A DNA stretch of 52,187 bases from Patescibacteria group bacterium (GCA_050260175.1 JBLNBS010000171.1:1-52187); one strand, 5' to 3'. Shown: positions 1-8,811, counted from the first letter of the stretch. A program made the numbers and translations. The notes: generated from the sequence alone by a model not told the origin.

Positions 1-418
1 GATCCTTGCAGGCGTCTTCCCTTGTCCGGAGCAGATCCCTTAAGGCCTCGTGGATTCTATCTGGAACCCAAACCGGTGTCAGAAGTCCACTGCGTAAAAG
101 CTTGGCCAGTTTTTTGGCGTCACGCCGATCGGTCTTGACGCGTTCGTTCGGCCTTCTCGGGGTCAAGGATGGTGCTACGACGACGCAGGCAATACCCATC
201 TTGGTGAGCAGCCGGTATAGATGATAACCGCAAGGTCCAGCCTCGTAGCAGTACTGAATATGTTTGGACTTGCCCAACTTGTTGACCAGCCTGATGAAAG
301 CCTCGTCCGTATTTGGTATCTTGCCGTGTTCGACGGGTTCACCACCGTCGGCAAAAGCCACGGCCACGGAGATGGATTTGTGATGTACATCCAAACCGAC
401 AAATGTGGTAAACTTCAT
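1..418 (-). CDS. IS110-family transposase/bridge recombinase, N-terminal DEDD (RuvC-like) domain; partial, runs off the window start
   Basis: Manual translation from ATG at 418 (RBS AAGGAGG upstream): MKFTTFVGLDVHHKSISVAV...YCYEAGPCGYHLYRLL...VVVAPSLTPRRPNERVKTDRRDAKKLAKLLRSGLLTPVWVP...EALRDLLRTRED. GLDVH, YEAG and KTDxxDA carry the IS110 D-E-D-D residues. It is absent from the ORF track because no stop codon lies inside the window. Confidence 0.93.
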   Translation of the reverse strand, partial: MKFTTFVGLDVHHKSISVAVAFADGGEPVEHGKIPNTDEAFIRLVNKLGKSKHIQYCYEAGPCGYHLYRLLTKMGIACVVVAPSLTPRRPNERVKTDRRDAKKLAKLLRSGLLTPVWVPDRIHEALRDLLRTREDACKD

Positions 419-419
419 C

Positions 420-508
420 TTGCCAGCCTCCTTCGCTTTGTAGCTCTGTACTGAAGAGCTCCTTGCCTCCAGTATAACCTACGTGTTAAGCGATTCGGGG
501 GCTGGCCC
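420..508 (-). ncRNA. Candidate bridge RNA/seekRNA in the IS110 left non-coding end
   Basis: Nested stems on the minus strand: GCCAGCC(506-500)/GGCTGGC(428-422), TCGCTT(493-488)/AAGCGA(438-433), TACTGGAG(474-467)/CTTCAGTA(456-449). The internal loop strands are AACACGTAGGTTA and CAGAGCTACA. A TATAAT box lies just upstream. Confidence 0.65.
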
Positions 509-512
509 TTCC

Positions 513-518
513 ATTATA
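513..518 (-). promoter_or_regulatory. Perfect -10 box (TATAAT) at the IS110 left tip
   Basis: Minus strand reads TAGATATAATGG at the element end. In characterised IS110 elements the -35 is supplied by the right end after circularisation. Confidence 0.6.
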
Positions 519-519
519 T

Positions 520-623
520 CTACTATGTGCAAGCCTTCCCTGGCTGCGGGGTAACGGGTTTCCGCTCCCAGGGCCGAGGCCCTTCCACATAGTAGCGCCG
601 GTCTTCAGGCCGGCGTCGGCCTC
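520..623. repeat. REP doublet (REPIN-like) palindrome with one intact GTAG-type REP at 592-615; the other arm is interrupted by the IS110
   Basis: CTACTATGTGCAAG (520-533) is the reverse complement of CTTCCACATAGTAG (582-595) at 13/14 positions, with further imperfect inner pairing. Then GTAG-CGCCGG-TCTTCAGG-CCGGCG follows. Confidence 0.65.
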
Positions 624-3600
624 AGCGTGCCGTCGCCCTAATCTCGCTCCCTCCCCCATCCTCCCCCGCCCCCACGACCTCCAGATACCTCGGCAACCTC
701 TCCCGCATCTCCTTGACATGGCTGATTACGCCCACCATCCGGTTCCGGTCGTGCAGCTTCTCCAGGGCGCTCATGACCTTGTCCAGCTTTTCCCCGTCCA
801 GGCTGCCGAAGCCCTCGTCGAGGAAGAAGAAGCCCAGCGGATAGCGGCCTCGCAACTGAATCCTCGAGGACAGGGCCAGCGCCAGGGCCAGCGAGGCCAG
901 GAAGATCTCGCCGCCCGAGAGGGAGGCGACGGCGCGGCGGTGGCCGCCGTTGTAATCGTCCCTGATGACGAAGTCGTTCTCGGCCGTATGTTCCAGAGCG
1001 TACCGCTGGCCCGTCAGGCGGCCGAGTTCCCTGGAGGCATCCATGGCCATGTCGCGCAGGTGCTCCTGGGCGAGGAAATTGACGAAGGCCCGGCCGCGCA
1101 GGAGGCCCGCCAGGTCGTCGGCGAGGGCTTTGCGCTTGCCGATCTGCGCTCTCCGCTCTTCCAGTTCCCGCCAGCGACCCTGCTTGGCCTGGAGTTCCTC
1201 CACTCTGTTCTTGGCCAGGATCGCTTCTTCGTTGGCCCGCTTGAGCGCCTCGGCCAACTCATCCCGGCGGGCCTTCACCTGCTCAAACCAGGCCTCGTCG
1301 AATGGCCGGCCGTTGATTTCCATCTCTATGTTCTGGAGGTCGTTCTCGGCGACGGCCACGGCCTTGCGGTGGTTATCGATCTCCCGGCGCATCGCTTCCC
1401 GTTCGGCGGGCGGCAGGAGAGCCGCTTCCGCCTCGTCCGCCGCGGCGTATCCCGTTTCCTTGAGCCCAGCGGCCAGGCGCCCGTCTATTCCGGCCAGGGT
1501 TTTTTGGTTGGTTTGCAGGGCGGCCTTGAGAGCGGCGATGTTCGTGTCGATCTCTCCGAGCGCGTCGCGGGCTGCGGCCTCATCTCGCTTTGCTTTATCA
1601 AGCGCCTGCTGGAGCGCGGCCAACGCCGCCCCCGTCTCCCGGATCAATATGGATAGATCACGGCCGCCGGTGATCTTGGCCAATTCCTTATCCAGATCTT
1701 CGGCCTGAGTCTGAATATTTTTGAGTTCCCCGGCGAGAGCCGTTTCTTTTACCTTCGCGGCCTGGGACTGACCGGCCAGATCCCGCAGTCGCTCCTGCAG
1801 TATATCCTGCCTGGTCAAGAGGTCCCCGCGTTTGGCCTCCAGGGCGTGCAACTCCTTCTCCGCTTCCGCCAGGTCTTTTTTACGCCGCCGCAGGCCTTCC
1901 CGGTCGTAAGGCCCACGGAGGCTTTCGAATTCGGCCAGGGCTGCCATTGCTTGGAGACGCGCCTTCTCCATCTCCGTCTGCGCTTCTCTGGCCAGCGGCT
2001 CGTTATTGCTCCAGTCGTGCCACAGCTTGAGTATCCTGCCTTGCCATTGAATCGCCGCGTCGTATCCAGCCTGCGCCTCCTTGACCGCGGCCTCGCACCG
2101 GTCAAGCTCCTCGGAGGATATCCGCGCCGGTTGCGGGTGTTCGTGCGAACCGCAGACCGGACAGGGTTCGCCGTCGCGCAGCTCGTTTGCCAGGGCTGAA
2201 GCGGAATTCACCATCAGGGCGCGCTGCCGCGCAACCCGTGCTTCCTCCAGATCAGCGGCGGCTTTTGAGAGCACGGAATCGGCCAGGGCTTCGAGATCTT
2301 CCCCCGGTGCGATCTCGCGATCGGGCATCCGCTCGCGCACAGCCGTGACGATCTCGTTCCACCGTTCGTCGACATGGGATCTTCGCCTGTTATGGGTCTC
2401 GCTCGCATCCTTTAATCGTTTCTCCACATCTTCAAGGAGCCGCAGCGCCTCCAGCGCCTGCTCGATGGTCTCTTTTTCCGCCGGGTCGACAGTCAGCTTC
2501 TCCCGGCTCTCGTTCAGCGGCGCCAGGGCGGTTCTTATCCCGGTCAGTTCTTCCTGGACCGCGGCCGTCTCGCGCTCGGCCGCGCCGGCAGCCTTGGCCG
2601 CGGCCTCGTGCTCTTTCCGCTTTGATTCCAGCGCCTGCCGCAACTCCCGCAGCCTGGCGTCCTTCTCCACGGCTTCCTGGAGTTGCGCCTGTCTTTTATG
2701 AAGGACAGGCTGTTCTTCCTCACTCTCCTTCTCCGCCCTCGCCAGCGCGACCCTGGCTTCCTCGTGCTTCTTGGCCGCTTCGGCCCGCTTTGCCTCGGCG
2801 ATCTGAAGTTGAGCGGTCTGATCCTTTATGGCGTCCCCCAATTCCCGCCGCCGCTCGATGGACTCCCGGAGCGGCTCGGCGCGTTCGGCCGCGGACAGTC
2901 TCGCCTCTTGCCCGGCGATCGCTTCGCGCTGCCGTTCCAATTCATTCCGCTTCTCCAGGGCGGCCTGCTTTTTTTGATATAGGCCCCTCAAGGCCTCGGC
3001 GTCCTTGAACGCCTGCTCCGCCCCGTTGTACTTGGCTTGATTCTCGCCGAGCTCTCTCGCTTTATCTTGCAGAGCTTGGCCCGCTTGGGCCACGGCCTCC
3101 TCCGAGCAATCCCCCAGCCCCTGCTCCTCGCCCTCGATCCCCGTCAGCTCCGTCTCGCATTTGGCGGAGACGGCCTTGACCCTGGCCGCCAGCTCGTCGC
3201 CGTATTCCTCCAGGTTGAAGAGGTGCTCGAGCATCCTGGCCCGCTCGGCGCCCTTCAAGCGTAGGAACTGGTCGAACTTGCCCTGCGGCAGGATGACCGC
3301 GCGCGTGAATTCATCGTAGCCGATCCCCAAGATTTCCTGGATCTTGGCGTTGACCTCGCGCGGGTTGCCGGCCAGCACATTCTCGCCGCCGGGCGCCAGC
3401 CTGCGCAGGCGGGCCAGCTTCGCTTCGGCGGTGTCTGGATCCTTGCCCTTCCGCTCGTAGCGCCGCTCGACGAGGTAGACTTCCCCGCCCAGCTCGAATC
3501 GGAACGAGACGTCCAGCGTCTTTTCCAGCTGGTTGATGATGCCGCGCGTGTTGTTGCTCGCCCGGTCCACGCTGCCGTAGAGGGCAAGCGTGATCGCGTC

Positions 3601-3735
3601 CAGGATCGATGACTTGCCGCTCCCGGTGGGGCCGAAGATCCCGAAGAGCCCGTCCGCGCCGAGCTTTTCAAAGTCGACGGCCTGGCTGCCGCGGTAGCTG
3701 TTGAGCCCGGAGAATTCCAGCCTGATGGGCTTCAT
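622..3735 (-). CDS. sbcC: SbcC (Rad50-like) nuclease ATPase subunit
   Basis: Walker A GPTGSGKS, long coiled coil with central CPVC zinc hook, LSGGE signature, Walker B FFLDEGFG; overlaps the sbcD stop (ATGA). Confidence 0.96.
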   Translation of the reverse strand: MKPIRLEFSGLNSYRGSQAVDFEKLGADGLFGIFGPTGSGKSSILDAITLALYGSVDRASNNTRGIINQLEKTLDVSFRFELGGEVYLVERRYERKGKDPDTAEAKLARLRRLAPGGENVLAGNPREVNAKIQEILGIGYDEFTRAVILPQGKFDQFLRLKGAERARMLEHLFNLEEYGDELAARVKAVSAKCETELTGIEGEEQGLGDCSEEAVAQAGQALQDKARELGENQAKYNGAEQAFKDAEALRGLYQKKQAALEKRNELERQREAIAGQEARLSAAERAEPLRESIERRRELGDAIKDQTAQLQIAEAKRAEAAKKHEEARVALARAEKESEEEQPVLHKRQAQLQEAVEKDARLRELRQALESKRKEHEAAAKAAGAAERETAAVQEELTGIRTALAPLNESREKLTVDPAEKETIEQALEALRLLEDVEKRLKDASETHNRRRSHVDERWNEIVTAVRERMPDREIAPGEDLEALADSVLSKAAADLEEARVARQRALMVNSASALANELRDGEPCPVCGSHEHPQPARISSEELDRCEAAVKEAQAGYDAAIQWQGRILKLWHDWSNNEPLAREAQTEMEKARLQAMAALAEFESLRGPYDREGLRRRKKDLAEAEKELHALEAKRGDLLTRQDILQERLRDLAGQSQAAKVKETALAGELKNIQTQAEDLDKELAKITGGRDLSILIRETGAALAALQQALDKAKRDEAAARDALGEIDTNIAALKAALQTNQKTLAGIDGRLAAGLKETGYAAADEAEAALLPPAEREAMRREIDNHRKAVAVAENDLQNIEMEINGRPFDEAWFEQVKARRDELAEALKRANEEAILAKNRVEELQAKQGRWRELEERRAQIGKRKALADDLAGLLRGRAFVNFLAQEHLRDMAMDASRELGRLTGQRYALEHTAENDFVIRDDYNGGHRRAVASLSGGEIFLASLALALALSSRIQLRGRYPLGFFFLDEGFGSLDGEKLDKVMSALEKLHDRNRMVGVISHVKEMRERLPRYLEVVGAGEDGGGSEIRATAR

Positions 3736-4988
3736 GCTACCTTACCCCCGGTTGGCTTGGCCTCATCCTGCGCTTCGGCCGGCGGCTCCTGCGCGTTCAC
3801 CATTTCCAGGAAGAACTTGACCAGCTCCTCCGGCGGATCGACGCCGCGCTCCCGCTGGTGGAAGAGCTTAAAGCGGTCGGCCAGTGACATCTCCGAGAGG
3901 CGGCGGTCCTCAGTCTGAGCGGTCAACTCAGGATAGATGGGCCTGATGCCGATGATGCCGGGGTGCAGCTTGCGCAGCTCGATCAGTTCCGCCGCTTCGA
4001 GCGGATGATCCGACTCCACCTCCAGATCCACCCAGGCTTCCTGGTTCCCGGACTCGGCGCACCAGGCGCGCGCCTCCGCCAGGCTACGCGCCCGCCACCG
4101 CTTGAGCGCCCTGCCGGAACTCAGGCCGACAGATCGCACCTGCGCCTCGCCACCCGGGAGGATGTCCGCAATGACAACCTCCTTGCGCTGATCCGCTTCG
4201 GAGAAGCTGTATGACAGGGGCGACCCGGCATAGCGGCAGGCCCGGGGGGCGTTGTGGACCTGCTGTGGCCGGTGGAGGTGGCCGAGCGCGACGTACTGCG
4301 CCTTCGCCGGCAGTGCCAGCGGCGACACAGCCAAGGCTCCACCAAGCTGCCGCTCGGATTCGCTCCCCGCCCCGCCGAGGGCGAATAGGTGCGCCACCAC
4401 TATGTTTACGGCATCAGGCCTAAAGACCCGATCGGCCCCCGCAAAGAGCCGGCCGACCCGGTCTGAATAGACGAGCTGTTGAGACGCCTCGTCCAGGTCT
4501 TCGGCCAAGACCTCGTTCAGCCTGGACTCGGATGGATAAGGCAGTGCGTAGATAATGACGGGCTCATCCGCGCCGGAGACGCCAAGCTCCAGCCAGCCCG
4601 GCCCTGCGTTGATCCTGTGCACACCGCCAGCCGCCCCCGGGGGAAGCTGTTCTTTGGGGTAACCAAGCAGGGAGATGCCGTGCTTCAGCGCCAGGGGGTT
4701 CGCCGCGTGCAACCGGTCCGGGCTGTCGTGGTTGCCGGCGATGGCGGCCACGGCCCGTTTCCCCCCGCCGGCCAGCCTCTCGAGGGCGTAGTAAAAAAGC
4801 TCCTCGGCCTCGGCGGAGGGGTTGAACTGGTCGAAGACATCACCGGCCACAAGGACGAGATGGACATCTTCCCTGGTAACGATCTCAACCAGCTCATCAA
4901 TGAACTGCGCCTGTTCGGGCAGCCTTGACCTGCCCTCCAGGTTGCGGCCGAGGTGCCAGTCGGATGTGTGCAGGAGCCGCAAGACCAA
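3732..4988 (-). CDS. sbcD: SbcD (Mre11-like) nuclease subunit
   Basis: Metallophosphoesterase motifs HTSDWH, GDVFD, GNHD, GHLH and YAGSP..YSFSE; RBS GAGGAGG. Confidence 0.96.
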   Translation of the reverse strand: MVLRLLHTSDWHLGRNLEGRSRLPEQAQFIDELVEIVTREDVHLVLVAGDVFDQFNPSAEAEELFYYALERLAGGGKRAVAAIAGNHDSPDRLHAANPLALKHGISLLGYPKEQLPPGAAGGVHRINAGPGWLELGVSGADEPVIIYALPYPSESRLNEVLAEDLDEASQQLVYSDRVGRLFAGADRVFRPDAVNIVVAHLFALGGAGSESERQLGGALAVSPLALPAKAQYVALGHLHRPQQVHNAPRACRYAGSPLSYSFSEADQRKEVVIADILPGGEAQVRSVGLSSGRALKRWRARSLAEARAWCAESGNQEAWVDLEVESDHPLEAAELIELRKLHPGIIGIRPIYPELTAQTEDRRLSEMSLADRFKLFHQRERGVDPPEELVKFFLEMVNAQEPPAEAQDEAKPTGGKVA

Positions 4989-5374
4989 CCCTCCTCAAAG
5001 CAGCGAGCGTTCATTCCTCATCCGTCATTACAATCGTTACAATTGGAAAATTCGCCCGCGGCCGCAGCGGTCCCTCCTGCTTGCCGCCAAGGCCTCGTCG
5101 GTACGGTCATTTTCGGCAGATTGTTGTTGAATCTCCTATACGCCTCGGGAAGGAGTGAAGTAATCGCCCCCACCCATGAACCAGTGACTGTTGATTCGCC
5201 TGACCCGATCGTGGCTCGCGTACTCATCCGGCTGCGGATCGCGGCCGTCCGAACGGTAGATCAAGTACGCCCTGGAAAAACCGCCGAAAAGCCAAACCCT
5301 GAATCGTCAAAGGCCCAAAAGCCGCCCTCCCCCCGCGGGCACGCGGATAGGGCGGCGGCTTGGCATGATTCATT

Positions 5375-5418
5375 CCTCTCGCCCGCTTTGGCGGGAGAGG
5401 GGACAAGGGGGTGAGGGG
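5375..5418. repeat. GC-rich palindromic repeat (CCTCTC..CCCGC/GCGGGAGAGG..GGGGTGAGGG type), possibly acting as a terminator
   Basis: Hairpin at 5375-5400 just downstream of the DUF362 stop; its reverse complement resembles the 34558-34607 palindrome. Confidence 0.5.
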
Positions 5419-5425
5419 TCCCCAG

Positions 5426-6814
5426 TTACTCCTTGACCACCGTCAACCCCCCGACCACCGCCTCGTTCAGGAACCTGTCGTAGGCGGCTACCTCCACCTC
5501 GTGCTTGCCGGCTTTGTAGCCTTTTAAATCCACGGCGATCTCCGCGAAGCCCTCCCGGTAGAACCCGGCCAGGCGGCCGTCGATGTAGACCTCGACCCGG
5601 ACCGTATCCTTGCCCGCCTCGAGGGAGAGGAAACACTGGCCGGCCTGGACCTTGGCCCCCGTCACCTTGAGCGTTGGCGGCTCGCTGTCGGAGAACTGCT
5701 GCCCGCCCGCCCCCGGGCGCCTGCCCTCGAAACGCTTGCGCACCGCCCTTACCTTGCTCCCCGCGATGAGGATGTTGGCCGGGTCGGTGTTGCCCACGCC
5801 GTCGGCGCCCAGGTACTGCAGGTATTTCACACTCTGCGGATCCCAGCCCATGACGAGGGCCTCGATGACATCCAGCGCCACCGGGTCCTTGCTCGCCAGG
5901 ATGATGCGCATGTTCATGCACTGCGCGCTGTAGTCCCGGCTGCCATAATTAGAGTTCGGCGTGGGGCCGCGCTGGATGCCGACCAGCCCGTCCATGACGG
6001 CGAATTTGGCCGGCTTGCAGCGGTAAAAGTCGCTCATGAAGGCGTGGTATTCCATGTTGCCGTGGGGGATCTTGGGCCAGCGCAGGGTGTCGGCCGGGCC
6101 GCCGCCGTAGATGTTGGCGGGCGTGGCGCCGATGGCGAGATTCTTGACGGCGCCGGTCACCGCCGCGTCCCAGTGCGTCTTGAGCGTGGGCACGCTGATG
6201 ACCACGTCCGCCTCGTAATACCGCCGGTTGAGGTAGTACTCGCTCTCGTACCTGCCGTCCGGCAGCTCGACCCGGACCAGGCGGGGCGAGTCTTTTTCCT
6301 GCCAGCCGCCGCTGTCGGACTCGATTGGGATGATGGCGTCGACAAAGGGGAGGTTCTCGGCGGTGTAGCCGTAATGGCTGAACGCCTCCGCCGTCGGTAC
6401 GGCCGAGCCCTCCATGACGTAGATCTTGGCCGCCCCGGCCTCGTGCGCCAGCTCGGCCACGGCCCGGACCACGCGGCGATCCGTGGCCACGCCGCCGAGC
6501 AACTCGGGGAGGGGATGGCGCTTGCCGATAAAATCGGCGATCTCCACCAGGTTCGGCTTGATCACCACCACGTCGCCGGGCTTGACCACCGATGCCAAGC
6601 CGCCGGCCAGGTCCACCGCCTGCCGGACCAGGTCCCGGATCTCGCCGTCGGTGATGCTGTAGATGGAATCCCCTTGGTACCGGGTGATGGCCACGGTCGA
6701 GGGCGGCAAGGAGACCTTGCCCGCCGCGGTGCCCAATCCCTGCCAGAGCGAGGCGACGGCCATCGCACCCACGAGGATGAAGAGTACCCAGCGCTTCCAG
6801 GCCTTCATACACAT
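5426..6814 (-). CDS. DUF362 domain protein with signal peptide and C-terminal Ig-like domain
   Basis: Hydrophobic N-terminus; DUF362-type motifs VVIKPNLV, ADVVISVPTLKTH, TGAVKN and ILASKDPVALD; C-terminal PPT..VEVYIDG..G.H.VEVAAYD beta-sandwich pattern. Confidence 0.8.
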   Translation of the reverse strand: MCMKAWKRWVLFILVGAMAVASLWQGLGTAAGKVSLPPSTVAITRYQGDSIYSITDGEIRDLVRQAVDLAGGLASVVKPGDVVVIKPNLVEIADFIGKRHPLPELLGGVATDRRVVRAVAELAHEAGAAKIYVMEGSAVPTAEAFSHYGYTAENLPFVDAIIPIESDSGGWQEKDSPRLVRVELPDGRYESEYYLNRRYYEADVVISVPTLKTHWDAAVTGAVKNLAIGATPANIYGGGPADTLRWPKIPHGNMEYHAFMSDFYRCKPAKFAVMDGLVGIQRGPTPNSNYGSRDYSAQCMNMRIILASKDPVALDVIEALVMGWDPQSVKYLQYLGADGVGNTDPANILIAGSKVRAVRKRFEGRRPGAGGQQFSDSEPPTLKVTGAKVQAGQCFLSLEAGKDTVRVEVYIDGRLAGFYREGFAEIAVDLKGYKAGKHEVEVAAYDRFLNEAVVGGLTVVKE

Positions 6815-6901
6815 CCACCCCGATTCGTCACTTGGAACCGAATGGGCATCCGGCTGAACATTTCCACGGCGGATGGGGCTATCCTCTCTATGCAGCTAAA
6901 G

Positions 6902-7068
6902 GCGGTGTGAAAACCCGTCTTGAGCAGCGCTGTGATAAATCCTCAAAAAACGCAGAGTAAATGGATTAACGCAGATTAAGAGTAGTAAATCCCATCAATC
7001 TGCGTGAAACGCAATCTATGTAATCTGCGGAATCTGCGTTTTTGGTCTAAAACGGGTTTTAACAACGC
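6902..7068. mobile_element. MITE-like element (~167 bp) with internal ACGCAGAT/ATCTGCGT palindromic repeats
   Basis: GCGGTGTGAAAACCCGT (6902-6918) matches the reverse complement of ACGGGTTTTAACAACGC (7052-7068) at 15/17. The AT-rich core has AAAAACGCAGA/TCTGCGTTTTT and AACGCAGATT/AATCTGCGT inverted repeats. Confidence 0.55.
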
Positions 7069-7117
7069 TGCTGGAGAGGGAGGCGATATGCGGCGGGAAG
7101 CGTTGCGCGGCGCTCCG

Positions 7118-7990
7118 TCAGGCGTGTGGGGCGGGGAGCGCCTCCCCGGCGTGAAAGGAGCTCCTGACCAGGGGGCCGGCGGCCACGTGGGCGAAGCCCA
7201 TGGCGCGAGCGCGCGCGGCCAGGGCGTCGAAACGCTCCGGCGGCACGTACTCCGCCACCGGCAGGTGCGCGCGGGTGGGCCGCAGGTACTGGCCGACGGT
7301 GACCATGTCGCAACCTGCCGCGCGGAGGTCGGCCAGGGTTTGCAGGACCTCCTCCTCCGTCTCACCCAGGCCCAACATGAGGCCGGACTTGGTCATGGCG
7401 TGCGGATTCATCTCCTTGACCGCGGAAAGGAGCCAAAGCGAGCGCGCGTAATCCGCCCCAGGCCTCACCTCCGCGTAGAGCCGGGGCACGGTCTCCACGT
7501 TGTGATTGAACACGTCCGGCCCCGCATGGGCTACGGTGGCCGCTGCCTCGCGGGAACCGCGGAAATCGGGCGTGAGCACCTCGATCGTCACCGGCGGACG
7601 CACGGCCCGGAGCGCCGCGATCACGGCGGCGAACTGGCCGGCGCCGCCGTCCGGCAGGTCGTCTCGGGTGACCGAGGTCACGACGGCGTGGCGCAGGCCC
7701 ATCTCGCCCGCCGCGGCCGCCAGCCGTCCGGGTTCTTCGGGATCCACCGGCTCCGGCCCGCCGTGCTCGACGGCGCAAAAGCGGCAGTCACGCGTGCAGT
7801 ACCGGCCGAGGATCATAAAGGCGGCCGTCCCCTCGGCAAAACACTGCCCGAGATTGGGGCAGGCCGCGCCCTGGCAGACGGTGTGGAGGTTATGGCGTTG
7901 CAGGATGCCCCGGACGGCCCCGGTCCCGGCGTTTAGCGGCGAGCGGGCGCGGATCCAGGCAGGCAGGCGCGGTGGCAGCTGTTGCGACAT
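7118..7990 (-). CDS. lipA: Lipoyl synthase
   Basis: CX4CX5C ([12 protein letters not shown]), radical SAM CX3CX2C (CTRDCRFC), [20 protein letters not shown]. Start moved to ATG 7990 (GAGGG RBS). Confidence 0.96.
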   Translation of the reverse strand: MSQQLPPRLPAWIRARSPLNAGTGAVRGILQRHNLHTVCQGAACPNLGQCFAEGTAAFMILGRYCTRDCRFCAVEHGGPEPVDPEEPGRLAAAAGEMGLRHAVVTSVTRDDLPDGGAGQFAAVIAALRAVRPPVTIEVLTPDFRGSREAAATVAHAGPDVFNHNVETVPRLYAEVRPGADYARSLWLLSAVKEMNPHAMTKSGLMLGLGETEEEVLQTLADLRAAGCDMVTVGQYLRPTRAHLPVAEYVPPERFDALAARARAMGFAHVAAGPLVRSSFHAGEALPAPHA

Positions 7991-8025
7991 TACAAATACC
8001 CTCTTGTATTTCCGCAATCCATCCA

Positions 8026-8046
8026 CGGATGGAACCGTTCCATCCG
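8026..8046. promoter_or_regulatory. Perfect 21-bp palindrome between lipB and lipA (possible operator or hairpin)
   Basis: CGGATGGAAC-C-GTTCCATCCG: 10-bp arms with a 1-nt centre. Confidence 0.4.
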
Positions 8047-8139
8047 GTCTCAGGGCCATTCATGGCGTCGTCGGCAGAAAACACGGTTTATCGCATTGCT
8101 TTTGACGAGTGACGAGCGGCCAGCTGCGCACTCACCCCG

Positions 8140-8811
8140 TCACACTTCCTGTACCATCTCCAGGCCGAAGACCCCCCCGAATTCTTCCACCACCAGCGGT
8201 TCGACCTCTGCCCTGGAGACAGGGCGTCCGAGCAGCCTGGCGAGGGAGGTCACACCCTTGTCCCTGATGCCGCAGGGATGGATCAGCCGGAAATGATCGA
8301 GATTCGGCTCCAGATTGAGGGCGAAACCGTGGCAGGTGACCCAGGCCTTGACCGCGACGCCGATGGCCATGACCTTTTCCTCGCCCGCCCAGACCCCTGT
8401 GTGGCGCGCATCGCGTCCGCCGGTAAGCCCCAGGCGGGCCAAGACGCGCAGGCCGACCTCCTCGTAGCGGCGGAGTAACGCGTGGAGGTCCCGGCCGTGC
8501 CGCCGGAGGTCCAGGATGGGGTAGCCCACGAGTTGGCCGGGGCCGTGGTAGGTGATGTCGCCGCCCCGCTCGGTCTCGAAGAGCTCGATGCCCAGGCGCG
8601 CCAGCGAATCCTCGGCCACGAGCAGGTTGCCGCGGCCCCCGCCGCGCCCTATGGTCAGGACCGGCGTGTGCTCGAGGAGGAGGAGCCTGTCCTCCCCGCC
8701 CGCCACCACCTCCCCATGCACGCGCCGCTGCAGATCGAGCCCCTGGGCGTAGGGTACGCGGCCCAGGGCGCGCCAGCGGCAGACGGGCCCGGCCTCAGAC
8801 ATGGATGGCAA
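8140..8811 (-). CDS. lipB: Lipoyl(octanoyl) transferase
   Basis: LLLEH.PV.T.G, RGGDITYHGPGQLVGYPI, HGFALN and PCG motifs. Confidence 0.95.
   Translation of the reverse strand: MPSMSEAGPVCRWRALGRVPYAQGLDLQRRVHGEVVAGGEDRLLLLEHTPVLTIGRGGGRGNLLVAEDSLARLGIELFETERGGDITYHGPGQLVGYPILDLRRHGRDLHALLRRYEEVGLRVLARLGLTGGRDARHTGVWAGEEKVMAIGVAVKAWVTCHGFALNLEPNLDHFRLIHPCGIRDKGVTSLARLLGRPVSRAEVEPLVVEEFGGVFGLEMVQEV

Larger units (their letters stand above)
1..522 (-). mobile_element. Left part of an IS110-family insertion sequence; left end near 520-522
   Basis: Transposase plus ~100 nt of upstream non-coding sequence with lower GC than the flank. The flanking palindrome is interrupted exactly at GTAG|ATATAATGG (minus strand). 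The right end is outside the window. Confidence 0.8.

Noticed and set aside
6-454. ORFs 6..224 +, 175..402 - and 221..454 +
   Set aside because: They are shadow frames of the IS110 transposase, which is read from ATG 418 on the minus strand.
622-4988. SMC-based defence system (Wadjet/Lamassu)
   Set aside because: It has the canonical SbcD + SbcC pair with a zinc hook and no kleisin, KITE or effector genes.
4953-5414. Possible small gene in the sbcD-DUF362 gap (AGGAGTG near 5151)
   Set aside because: No start codon at a suitable distance from the RBS-like motif and no recognisable protein motif.
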